Of a DNA stretch of 64,000 nucleotides, positions 19,646 to 27,852 are shown in pieces. The notes beneath the pieces were generated by a model. It worked only from the letters and a program-made list of their open reading frames with translations, made no database searches and had not been told where the DNA came from. Origin of the DNA: an uncultured Solirubrobacterales bacterium. GTDB lineage: Bacteria > Actinomycetota > Thermoleophilia > Solirubrobacterales > 70-9. The translations under genes were made by a program, and so were the position numbers. Each line of letters starts with the position of its first letter. The first letter of the stretch is position 1. The stretch lies in NCBI GenBank assembly GCA_963775475.1, contig CAVZIP010000002.1, forward strand, positions 25,609-89,608. Reading direction: 5' to 3'.

Positions 19646-19906
19646 ATGAGTGTCACTGTGAGAGAGAGTTGGACCGACGAGCGGCTGGATGACTTCAAGG
19701 AGCGGGTGGATCAGCGCTTCGACGAAGTAGACAGGCGCTTCGATGACGTCGATAAGCGCTTTGACAAGGTCGATGCTCGTCTCGACCGCATCGACGGCCG
19801 TCTCGACTCGATGGGACGAGCCTTCGTCTTCGGCGCGATCGCGATGTCATCGACGATGGTCGCGGGCTTCGGCGCGATGGTCGCCGTCATCGCGACCAAG
19901 CTGTAG
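19646..19906 (+). CDS. tail-anchored coiled-coil protein with five 7-aa (21-bp) repeats
   Basis: QRFDEVD RRFDDVD KRFDKVD ARLDRID GRLDSMG (19712-19816), followed by a C-terminal TM segment AFVFGAIAMSSTMVAGFGAMVAVIATKL. Confidence 0.6.
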   Translation: MSVTVRESWTDERLDDFKERVDQRFDEVDRRFDDVDKRFDKVDARLDRIDGRLDSMGRAFVFGAIAMSSTMVAGFGAMVAVIATKL

Positions 19907-20659
19907 CCAGCGTCGCACCAGTTCCAGCACCGCCAGCGTCAGCGCGATCGGGACGGTGGCGGGGAGCTGGTCAAAGGCGAAGAAGAGCAGGTCGAAGCTG
20001 AGGCAGAGGAGGGCGGCGAGGGCGGCGCCGGTCAGCTGTAGGCGCCGGTCTGCGGCCAGCAGGGCGCCCAAGACCGCGGCGATGAAGATGTCGCCGAAGC
20101 CCATCACGGCCGAACCGAAGGAGACGAACTGGAGCTGGGGCAGACCGCCCGGGGAAGCCGCGTTGAGAACGGCATTGGGCCCTTGCAGGAGGTTCGAGCC
20201 GACCAGCCAGGCGTCGATCGCGGCCATCGCGTAGATCCCTAGCTTCAGCCAGCGAGCGGGGACGACGCAGACGAGCAGCCAGCCGAGGCTGACGCAGGCA
20301 AGGGCTGACAGCACCAGGCCTGCCGTCTCCCCGGCGAGCGAATCCCTGGTCGCCCATGCAAGCGCGAACAGGGGGATGACCAGGAGGGCAAGCGGCGGGC
20401 GCCCGCCGCGGACGACCGCCGCCAGCGCCAGCGCCGCCAGGGGTGGGACGGCGATCAGCGCCAGGTAGGTGAGGAAGTCGGCGACGGCCGAGTCGAGGGC
20501 AATTGCCGCAACGACGACGACGATCGAGAGCGGCAGCACCAGCGCCCAGGAACGGTTGCGCAGGCCCGAGAGCAGCGGAGTGGTGGCAGGACGTGGCGCC
20601 GCCACGAGCGCCGCCTGGACGAGGCTGAGGACGCCGATCGAGAGGGAGAAGGGGAGCAA
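19847..20659 (-). CDS. polytopic membrane protein with GxGD motif (presenilin/SPP- or prepilin-peptidase-like intramembrane aspartyl protease candidate)
   Basis: 270 aa, starting 1 nt after the ctaA stop. Motifs occur in order AIDAW ... GFGDIFIAAVLG ... LPATVPIAL. The last 20 codons are antisense to the TM tail of the 19646 gene, so the 3' end is questionable. Confidence 0.6.
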   Translation of the reverse strand: MLPFSLSIGVLSLVQAALVAAPRPATTPLLSGLRNRSWALVLPLSIVVVVAAIALDSAVADFLTYLALIAVPPLAALALAAVVRGGRPPLALLVIPLFALAWATRDSLAGETAGLVLSALACVSLGWLLVCVVPARWLKLGIYAMAAIDAWLVGSNLLQGPNAVLNAASPGGLPQLQFVSFGSAVMGFGDIFIAAVLGALLAADRRLQLTGAALAALLCLSFDLLFFAFDQLPATVPIALTLAVLELVRRWLQLGRDDGDHRAEARDHRR

Positions 20660-20660
20660 C

Positions 20661-21638
20661 CTAGAGGGCGCCGGCGGTGGCCGATGCGGCGCGGTCGGGC
20701 TGCTCGCCCACGCCGGCGGCCCTGTCCCGTGGCTCCAGCCGCCCGGCGGCGGCGACCGTCCACAGCATCGCCAGCCAGTTCAGCGTGGCCAGGGCGACAT
20801 GGACCCAGACGATCTCACTGGGCAGCTCCAGCCCCCACTGGACGCCGCCTATGACGCCCTGGAGGGCGAGGAGGCTCAGGACCACGGTCAGGGGCCTGAC
20901 AGCGCGCCTGTCGCCGCCAGGGCGGCGCAGAAGGAACCAGACGGCGATCGCCGCAAAGCCGTAGAGGGCCGCGATTCCGGCGTGACGCTGGACCACCCAT
21001 TCCAGCGTCTCCCCGCCCTGAAAGTCGAAGCGGTGGACGAGCTCGCCTTCGTGGGCGCCGGCGTGCGGTCCGGAGGCGGTGGCGATCGTCCCGGCCAGGA
21101 TCGTCAGCTGGCCAAGCGGGATCAGCGCTCGCACCGACCAGACGCCGAGTCGGTCGCTGGAGCGCCGCCGCTCCCACGGCTCATAGCGCGAGCACCAGGC
21201 GAGGGCGAAGGCCGCGTCGAGCAGCATCATCGAGAGGATGAAATGGGACATCACCAGGCCCGGGGCGAGGTGGTGCTTGACGACGAGGGCGCCGAGAATC
21301 GCTTGGCCGAGCACGCCCAGCGGCAGCAGGGCGCCGAACAGGGCCAGGTGCCAGCGGTAGGGCACGCGGAAGAAGGCGAGGGCGCAGGCGGCGATCACGG
21401 CGAACCCGACGAACCCGGTCAGCAGCCGGTTGCCGTACTCGATCACCGCGTGGGTCTCGAGCGGCGGGGTGGTGCCGCCGTAGCATTTGGGCCAGTCCGG
21501 GCAGCCGAGGCCGGAGCCGGTCAGCCGCACCGCGGCGCCGGTGAGGACGATCAGCGCCAGGGCGGCCAGGGCCACCGCGGTGACCTGCGCGTAGCGGTGG
21601 GGGGAGATCGCGAGGCGGGCTTTGAGTCGTTGCCGCAT
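20661..21638 (-). CDS. ctaA: heme A synthase (COX15/CtaA)
   Basis: 325 aa, TGSGLGCPDWPKCYG, with a multi-TM His-containing pattern typical of CtaA. Confidence 0.9.
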   Translation of the reverse strand: MRQRLKARLAISPHRYAQVTAVALAALALIVLTGAAVRLTGSGLGCPDWPKCYGGTTPPLETHAVIEYGNRLLTGFVGFAVIAACALAFFRVPYRWHLALFGALLPLGVLGQAILGALVVKHHLAPGLVMSHFILSMMLLDAAFALAWCSRYEPWERRRSSDRLGVWSVRALIPLGQLTILAGTIATASGPHAGAHEGELVHRFDFQGGETLEWVVQRHAGIAALYGFAAIAVWFLLRRPGGDRRAVRPLTVVLSLLALQGVIGGVQWGLELPSEIVWVHVALATLNWLAMLWTVAAAGRLEPRDRAAGVGEQPDRAASATAGAL

Positions 21639-21675
21639 CGTCGCAATGATCGCAGCGGCCGAGCGGCCGCCGGGC

Positions 21676-22386
21676 TCAGCCGGCCTGGGCTTTCGAGCCG
21701 GCGGATTTGCCGCCGGAGGTGCTTTCGATCAGGTATGCGACGAGGTCTTCGAGTTCTTTCGGCGACAGCGTGTCCGCATAGGTCGCCGGCATCACGTTGG
21801 CCGGATAGCCTTTGGCGATCACTTTGTTCGGATCGACGATGTCCTCCTCGATCGTCGCCGCGCTCTGGCCGGGCAGGACTTCGTCGAGGTTGGGCCCGGT
21901 GACGCCACCCGATTTCGCCTCGGCCAGGGTGTGGCAGCCGCCGCAGCCGTTGTTGGCGAAGACCTGAGCGCCGGGGCCGCCGGGAACTTTGGGAGGGGCC
22001 GCGCCTGGAACGCCGGCGTACATGCCGATGTAGGCGGCGACATCGTCGAGGTCCTGCCCGGTGACGATGTCGGCGGGCATCGAGACCGCGGGATTGTCGG
22101 TGCTGGGGCGGGGGAACTCGACCTGGGCCTTGACGATCCCTTCGATCGTGTCGCTGTTCTGGCCCGATTCGCGGGCGGAGGCGAAGGCGTGGTCGAGATC
22201 GGGGCCGATCTGAGCCGTCGTCCCGGCCTGGGCGAAGGCATGGCAGGTACCGCACTTTTGTATGAAGAGGACGCGACCGCGAGTCTCGTCGGCGGTGGTC
22301 GTGCCGCAGCCGGAGACGACCATGACGACGCCCACGAGGGCGGCAAGGGCGAGCAGCGGGCGGATGAGTTGCGAGGGACTGTGCAT
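21676..22386 (-). CDS. di-heme c-type cytochrome, lipoprotein
   Basis: Two CxxCH motifs (CGTCH, CGGCH). Lipobox-like VVSGCG after the signal peptide when started at ATG 22386 (MHSPSQLIRPLLALAALVGVVMVVSGC). Confidence 0.85.
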   Translation of the reverse strand: MHSPSQLIRPLLALAALVGVVMVVSGCGTTTADETRGRVLFIQKCGTCHAFAQAGTTAQIGPDLDHAFASARESGQNSDTIEGIVKAQVEFPRPSTDNPAVSMPADIVTGQDLDDVAAYIGMYAGVPGAAPPKVPGGPGAQVFANNGCGGCHTLAEAKSGGVTGPNLDEVLPGQSAATIEEDIVDPNKVIAKGYPANVMPATYADTLSPKELEDLVAYLIESTSGGKSAGSKAQAG

Positions 22387-22505
22387 ACGGCTGGCGGCGG
22401 GCCGGAGTCTATATGTCGAGGCAGCCCGAAAGCGTCCTGTCGGCGGTCGCGATTGGAGTAATCTTGCAGCGATTCGCACTATCTCCAGAGGCTGCCCAAA
22501 GGAGG

Positions 22506-22913
22506 ATGCCGATGCAGGTGAGGGACGGGATGTCGGAGGTGTCGTTGACGGTCGGTCCTTCGCACACGTTGCGCGAAGCCGCCACGATGATGGTCGAGAA
22601 GGGCACCGGGGCGGCCCTCGTCAACGACGCCGAGTCGCCGACGCCTGGCATCGTCACCGAGCGCGATCTGCTGGTCTCGGTCGGCGCCGGCGAGGATCCC
22701 GACGTGGAGCTGGTCGGCGACCACATGAGCGAGGGCGTGATCGCCGCGGCGCCGGACTGGAGCCTGGAGCGCGCCGCCGCCGAGATGTCTCGCCGCGGCG
22801 TCCGCCACCTGGTCGTCTTCGAGGGTCCCGACCCGGTCGGCGTCCTCTCGATGCGCGACATCGTCCGCGTCTGGACCTCAGAGGGTGCGACCTCAGGCAT
22901 GACGCCCGGCTGA
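22506..22913 (+). CDS. CBS domain-containing protein
   Basis: ATG at 22506 preceded by AAAGGAGG. A CBS pair (...GIVTERDLL... and ...VRHLVVFEGPDPVGVLSMRDIV). Confidence 0.8.
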   Translation: MPMQVRDGMSEVSLTVGPSHTLREAATMMVEKGTGAALVNDAESPTPGIVTERDLLVSVGAGEDPDVELVGDHMSEGVIAAAPDWSLERAAAEMSRRGVRHLVVFEGPDPVGVLSMRDIVRVWTSEGATSGMTPG

Positions 22914-22922
22914 GCGCAGCCG

Positions 22923-23216
22923 CTAGGCCTTGGGAGGAACGGTGATCGTCTCGACCGGCAGGGCGGCGCTGCGGACCTTCTGCCGGCGGGGCAGTCGGTA
23001 GTAGTCGCGGATCGCGCCGCGGACGATGCTGCGGAAGGCGGCGAGGGCGATGATCGCGCCGGTGATTCCGTAGATGTAGGGCGCGAAGATGAAGCCGGAG
23101 GCGAAGGTGCCGCAGACCAAGCCGACGACGCCGAGGGCGAGGAAGAGCGGTGCCCAGGAGGACTTCGGCGGGTAGATCAGCTCGCCGGGCTCGGGGACGT
23201 GTCGGTGGTCGCTCAT
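22923..23216 (-). CDS. hypothetical two-TM membrane protein at the end of the ctaB operon
   Basis: 97 aa, ...WAPLFLALGVVGLVCGTFASGFIFAPYIYGITGAIIALAAF.... Same strand as ctaB and downstream of it. A role as an oxidase small subunit is speculation only. Confidence 0.55.
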   Translation of the reverse strand: MSDHRHVPEPGELIYPPKSSWAPLFLALGVVGLVCGTFASGFIFAPYIYGITGAIIALAAFRSIVRGAIRDYYRLPRRQKVRSAALPVETITVPPKA

Positions 23217-23459
23217 CTCGCTACTGGGCGATGTAGAGGAGGGCGGCGACGAAGCAGAGGGCGAAGACCGTTGCGGACAGCGCCCCGGCGGTCAGCCCGG
23301 CGCTCATGCTCTTCCGTGCGGTCTCGCGATCCACGGCTCGGATTTGTATCAGGCTGCTAAGAGGCTCGGATTTTGGGATGGGGAGTGGCACCCGACCCTC
23401 CGACCGATTCCCAGCTCCAAATTCAGAAAGCGATGCAGCCCTCCCGGCCTCGAACTGTT

Positions 23460-24383
23460 CTAGGCGTTGGCGTCGATCGCCATCGCCAGGAACAGCAGCG
23501 CCAGGTACGCAAGCGAGAAGAGGTACGTGCGCAACGCCCACTTCCGATCCGCCGTCCGCCACAGCTTCGTTGCGAAGCCGATGAAGACGGCGCCGAGCAG
23601 CATCGAGGGGACCAGGTAGGCGACGCCGAGGCCGCCGGCGCAGAAGGGCAGCTGCGTGACCGCGTAGAGGAGGACGGTGTAGAGGAGGATCTGGCGCCGC
23701 GTCTCCTCCTCGCCCCGGACGACCGGCAGCATCGGGATGCCGGCCTTCGCGTACTCGTCCTTCATCAGCAGCGAGAGCGCCCAGAAGTGGGGCGGCGTCC
23801 AGAAGAAGACGATCGCGAAGAGATAGAAGGCCATGCCGCTGAGCTCGCCGGTGACCGCCGCCCAGGCGACCAGCGGCGGCACCGCGCCGGCGGCGCCGCC
23901 GATGACGATGTTCTGCGGCGTCGTGCGCTTGAGCCAGAGCGTGTAGACGAAGACGTAGCCGAACAGGCCGGAGAGCGAGAGGGCGGCCGCCAGCGGGTTG
24001 ACGGTCAGGGCCAGCAGGGCGAAGGAGGCGCAGCCGAGCAGGGCGCCGAAGGCGATCGCGGCGCGGGCGGAGATCCTGCCCGAGGCGACGGGGCGGTCGG
24101 CGGTGCGCGCCATCGTGCGGTCGATGTCGCGGTCGACGGCGTGGTTGATCGCCCCGGCTCCGCCGGCCGAGAGGGCGCCGCCGAGGCAGGTGAGGAAGAT
24201 CAGGCCGAGCGAGGGGTCGCCGGCGACGTACATCGTCGTCACCGTCGTGAACAGCAGCAGCGACTGCACCTTCGGCTTGGTCAGCGTCAGGTAGTCGCGG
24301 ACCACCGCCATCGCGGCGGAGTGCGGAGCAGGGGTGGCTGCGGTCGGGGTGGGCGCGGTGGGTGCGCCGGCGCCGGGTGGCAT
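23460..24383 (-). CDS. ctaB: protoheme IX farnesyltransferase (heme O synthase)
   Basis: ...LTKPKVQSLLLFTT...GAGAINHAVDRDIDRTMARTADRPV...WTPPHFWALSL... ATG at 24383 lies 6 nt after the upstream stop. Alternative ATG at 24311. Confidence 0.9.
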   Translation of the reverse strand: MPPGAGAPTAPTPTAATPAPHSAAMAVVRDYLTLTKPKVQSLLLFTTVTTMYVAGDPSLGLIFLTCLGGALSAGGAGAINHAVDRDIDRTMARTADRPVASGRISARAAIAFGALLGCASFALLALTVNPLAAALSLSGLFGYVFVYTLWLKRTTPQNIVIGGAAGAVPPLVAWAAVTGELSGMAFYLFAIVFFWTPPHFWALSLLMKDEYAKAGIPMLPVVRGEEETRRQILLYTVLLYAVTQLPFCAGGLGVAYLVPSMLLGAVFIGFATKLWRTADRKWALRTYLFSLAYLALLFLAMAIDANA

Positions 24384-24388
24384 TCCGC

Positions 24389-26072
24389 TCAGGCTACCGG
24401 CTGCGACTCGCGCGCCGATGCCTCGGGACGGCTGGTGCGGTGGGCGATCGCGGCGCGGATGTCGTGCATCGGGTGGGCGCTGCGGACGTCGGGCACGACG
24501 TCGAAGTTGTGCGGCTCCGGCGGCGACAGGGCGAACCACTCGAGCGACTCGCCGCCCCACGGGTCATGCCCCGCCACGGGGCCGTTGACGCGGCTCTGGA
24601 TCGCGTTGACCAGCGTCATCACGATCCCGGCGGCAAGGACCAGGGTGCCGATCGAGGCGATCAGGTTGTAGGCGTTGACGCCGGTGCCGTCGAAGAACTT
24701 GTAGGCGTCGATCACCTGGCCCTCGAGGCCACCGGCGAAGAAGAGCGGGACGAAGGCGAGGACGAGGCCCAGCGCCGTGGTCCAGAAGGAGATGCGGGCG
24801 AGGCTCTCGCCCATCGTGCGGCCGGTCATCTTCGGGAACCAGTAGTGAAGGGCGGCGAAGCCGCCGAAGACGGCGCCGCCGACCAGCGCGAAGTGGGTCG
24901 ACGCGGTGGCGTCGGTGGTGTTCTTGAGCTGCCAGGCGGCGGCCACCATCGAGTGCGAGAGCTCGCCCGCGAGGCCGATCGAGATCGCCGAGAGCGCCCC
25001 GACCGCGTACAGCAGCGGCGCCCGCATCCGCAGCGCGCCGCCGGCCATCGTCGCGATCAGGTTGAAGAAGATCAGGCCGAAGGGGACGATCAGCGCCAGC
25101 GACATCAGCGTCGCGAAGTACATCCAGCCGATGCCGATCGGTGCCGTCAGCATGTTCTGCATCCAGGCGAGGGTGCCGAGCACGGCGATCGCGACCATCG
25201 ATCCCATCACGACGCCGCGGTTGAGGAGCGGCCTGCCGGAGAAGCGCGGCGACGATTTCGGCGATCGCGCCGAGGGCGAAGATCAGGATCAGCATGTAGG
25301 CGCCGGAGAAGAAGATCCAGCTCAGGTGCTGCCAGAGCAGCGGCGCGCCGCCGGAGCCGTCGGCGAAGAAGATGCCGTCGTAGTTGCGGTCGATCATCAG
25401 CATCGTCAGCGCCGCGAGGAGAACCGGGCCGATCGCGAGCACCAGCCAACAGCTGACCGCCGCCGCCCAGGCGAAGACCGGCACGCGGCGCCAGGCCATG
25501 CCCGGCGCCCGCACGTTGCGCAGCGTCGCCAGCAGGTCGATCGCGAGGAAGACGAAGCCGAGCGTGCAGAGTCCGGTCGCCGCGGCCCAGGCATCGACGC
25601 CGTTGCTGGAGAGGAAGGTGAGCTCGGTCAGCGGCGCCAGCGGGTTGACCCCGGCCTCCGACGGGGTGAAGAGGAAGCCGGCGTAGAACACGATCGTCCC
25701 GGCGGCCCACAGCGCCACGCCGATCTGGCCGAGGCGGGGCAGGGCGGTGCCGCGGGCGCCGATCTGCAGCGGCGTCACGTAGTAGAAGAGACCGAGCGCC
25801 AGCGGGAGCGCGAAGAAGAAGACGGCGGTGGCTCCGTAGGTGGAGAGCATCCGGTTGAAGGTGACCGGCGAGAGGAAGGTGTTCTCGGGGATCGCCAGCT
25901 GCAACCGCATCAGCAGCAGCTCGATCAGGGCGAGGAAGAGGAAGCCGAGCGCGCCGCAGACGAGGATCCGGCCGAGGTCCTTGTGGTCGGCTCTGGTCGT
26001 CAGCTCGATCCAGCGCGGGCGCCGCTTGGGAAAGCCGTCGACGACCAGCTCGGGGCGCGGTTTCTCGCTCAT
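24389..26072 (-). pseudogene. heme-copper oxidase subunit I-like protein lacking most metal ligands, +1 frameshift near 25241-25250
   Basis: Clear collinear similarity to CtaD over 12 TM helices, but ligand contexts read STYGATAVF, WIFFSGAYMLIL, AWMQNML and ASTHFALVGG. The N-terminal part (to ...GAIAEIVAA) is in the 24564..26072 frame. The continuation (FSGRPLLNRGVVMGSMVAIAVLG...) is in the 24389..25210 frame. Length 1684 nt. Confidence 0.8.
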
Positions 26073-26767
26073 GGGACCTTGCCGCTCTCGATCAAGCCGA
26101 CGACGCGGTCCTGGGCGGCCTCGATATCGGCTTTCTGCTGTTTGACGAAGTCTTCGTAGGCCTGCGGCGAGACGACCTCGACCGCGGTCCGCATCGAGGC
26201 GTAGGCCTGGCCCGAGAGGGTTGCCGACTCGCCGCCATAGGTGCCTTCTTCGTCGGCCCGGAAGAGGACCTCGTTGACCTTGCCGGGGACCGCGTCGCGC
26301 TTGCCGGAGAGGTCGGGGACGTTCCAGGTGTGGACGACGTCGGTCGAGAGCAGTTCCAGCTTGACCGCGGTATCGACCGGAACCACGAGCTTGTAGTAGG
26401 AGAAGGCGTCGTTGGGGTAGTCATAGCGCCACACCCACTGCTGGCCGGTGGCCCGGATCGTCAGCGGCTCGGTTTTGGCCGCGGCGAGTCCGGCGGCGCC
26501 GGGGGCGGGCGTCTCGCGCGCCTTGCCGGTGAAGATGACGCTGACGACGAAGATCGCGGCGGCGAAGACGGTGAGGAGGGCTCCGACCCGGAACTGGAGC
26601 CGCCGGCCGCCGCCGGTCTCGCTCGGGGCGGTGCCGCGCTTGGCACGGTTCCGGCGCAGCGCGTAGAGCAGCGCGACGTTGATCGCGACGACAATGATGG
26701 CCGCGGCGACGAAGCCGATCCAAAGCAGGGTGTCGATCTGGTCAGTGCCAGGGGAGTGCGGCGTCAA
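26069..26767 (-). CDS. cytochrome oxidase subunit II-like protein lacking CuA ligands
   Basis: Two N-terminal TM helices plus a cupredoxin-like domain (DVVHTWNVPDLSGKRDAVPGK). The CuA site reads GESATLSGQAYASM instead of CxExCxxxHxxM. The stop overlaps the start of the subunit I-like gene. Confidence 0.8.
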   Translation of the reverse strand: MTPHSPGTDQIDTLLWIGFVAAAIIVVAINVALLYALRRNRAKRGTAPSETGGGRRLQFRVGALLTVFAAAIFVVSVIFTGKARETPAPGAAGLAAAKTEPLTIRATGQQWVWRYDYPNDAFSYYKLVVPVDTAVKLELLSTDVVHTWNVPDLSGKRDAVPGKVNEVLFRADEEGTYGGESATLSGQAYASMRTAVEVVSPQAYEDFVKQQKADIEAAQDRVVGLIESGKVP

Positions 26768-26855
26768 AGCGCGGCCATTCTAATCACGTGGAAGACGTCC
26801 AAGGCGGCGTGCCGCCGCTCCCGCTACCGGGTCCCTACCTATACTCGCCGACCCT

Positions 26856-27800
26856 ATGGGCAGGCGCTCCAGGCCATCACCCGCACTGCGACTCGCGGTA
26901 CGGGCCGGGGCGGCGGGCATCGTCGGGGCCGCCTTCGCGGTTCCGCTCCTGCGCAAGCGCCTGCGGATCCCGGCCCCGGTGACGGTCGCCGCCTGCGCCG
27001 GCGGCCCGCTCGCGCTCGCCGTGCTCTACCCGCGCTCGAAGAAGCGCGACGTCGCCCTCTACGCGCTGCAGATGTGGGCCTTCACGATGGCGCACGAGAT
27101 CCCGTACGACGATCCGGAGGCGCTGCGCCGACGCCTGCGCAGCCGCTACCCGATCGCCGTCGACCGGCTCGTCGGCGGCGGTCAGCTGCCGAACGTGCGG
27201 CTGCAGCGCGCGCTCTCGCGCCTGCCCCGGAACGGCGCCGTCAACCGCTTCCTCACCTGGGTCCACTGGCTCTGGTTCGTCGAGCCCTACCTGGCGCTGG
27301 TCCTGATCCTGCTGCGCGACAACGAGCGCTTCCCCCGCGCCGCCCGTCAGATGGCGGTCGTCTTCGACCTCGGCTGCGCCGTCTACTTCGCGCTGCCGAC
27401 GGCGCCGCCCTGGTGGGCCTCCGAGGAGGGCGTGACCGACGAAGAGGTGCGGCGGATCATGGTCGAGGTCGGCGAAGGCACCTGGCGCTCGGCCTGGCCG
27501 GCGATGTACGGAGCTCTCGGCGGCAACCCCTGGGCGGCGATGCCGTCGCTGCATTTCGCCACCTCGGTGACCGCCGCCCTCTCGCTGGCCGAGGCCGGCA
27601 AGGTCGAGGGGGCGATCGGCTGGGGCTACGCGGGAACGCTCGGCTTCGCCCTCGTCTACCTCGGCGAGCACTACGTGACCGACCTGATCGCCGGGGCGGC
27701 GTTGGTGGCCCTGGTCAGGCGCGGCGAGCCGCTCGCCGAACCGCTCGTGCACGGCGTCAATCGTGCCCTTCGTCGCTTGGAGCGCCTGGCGAACGGGTAG
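26856..27800 (+). CDS. PAP2 superfamily (PAP2_3-like) membrane phosphatase/phosphotransferase
   Basis: 314 aa, polytopic, with C-terminal motifs PSLHFATS and GEHYVTD typical of PAP2-type enzymes. Confidence 0.75.
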   Translation: MGRRSRPSPALRLAVRAGAAGIVGAAFAVPLLRKRLRIPAPVTVAACAGGPLALAVLYPRSKKRDVALYALQMWAFTMAHEIPYDDPEALRRRLRSRYPIAVDRLVGGGQLPNVRLQRALSRLPRNGAVNRFLTWVHWLWFVEPYLALVLILLRDNERFPRAARQMAVVFDLGCAVYFALPTAPPWWASEEGVTDEEVRRIMVEVGEGTWRSAWPAMYGALGGNPWAAMPSLHFATSVTAALSLAEAGKVEGAIGWGYAGTLGFALVYLGEHYVTDLIAGAALVALVRRGEPLAEPLVHGVNRALRRLERLANG

Positions 27801-27852
27801 CGTCCATGGAGTGTCTGGAGTGGACCCGGGGAATCGCAACGGGACCGTCGAG

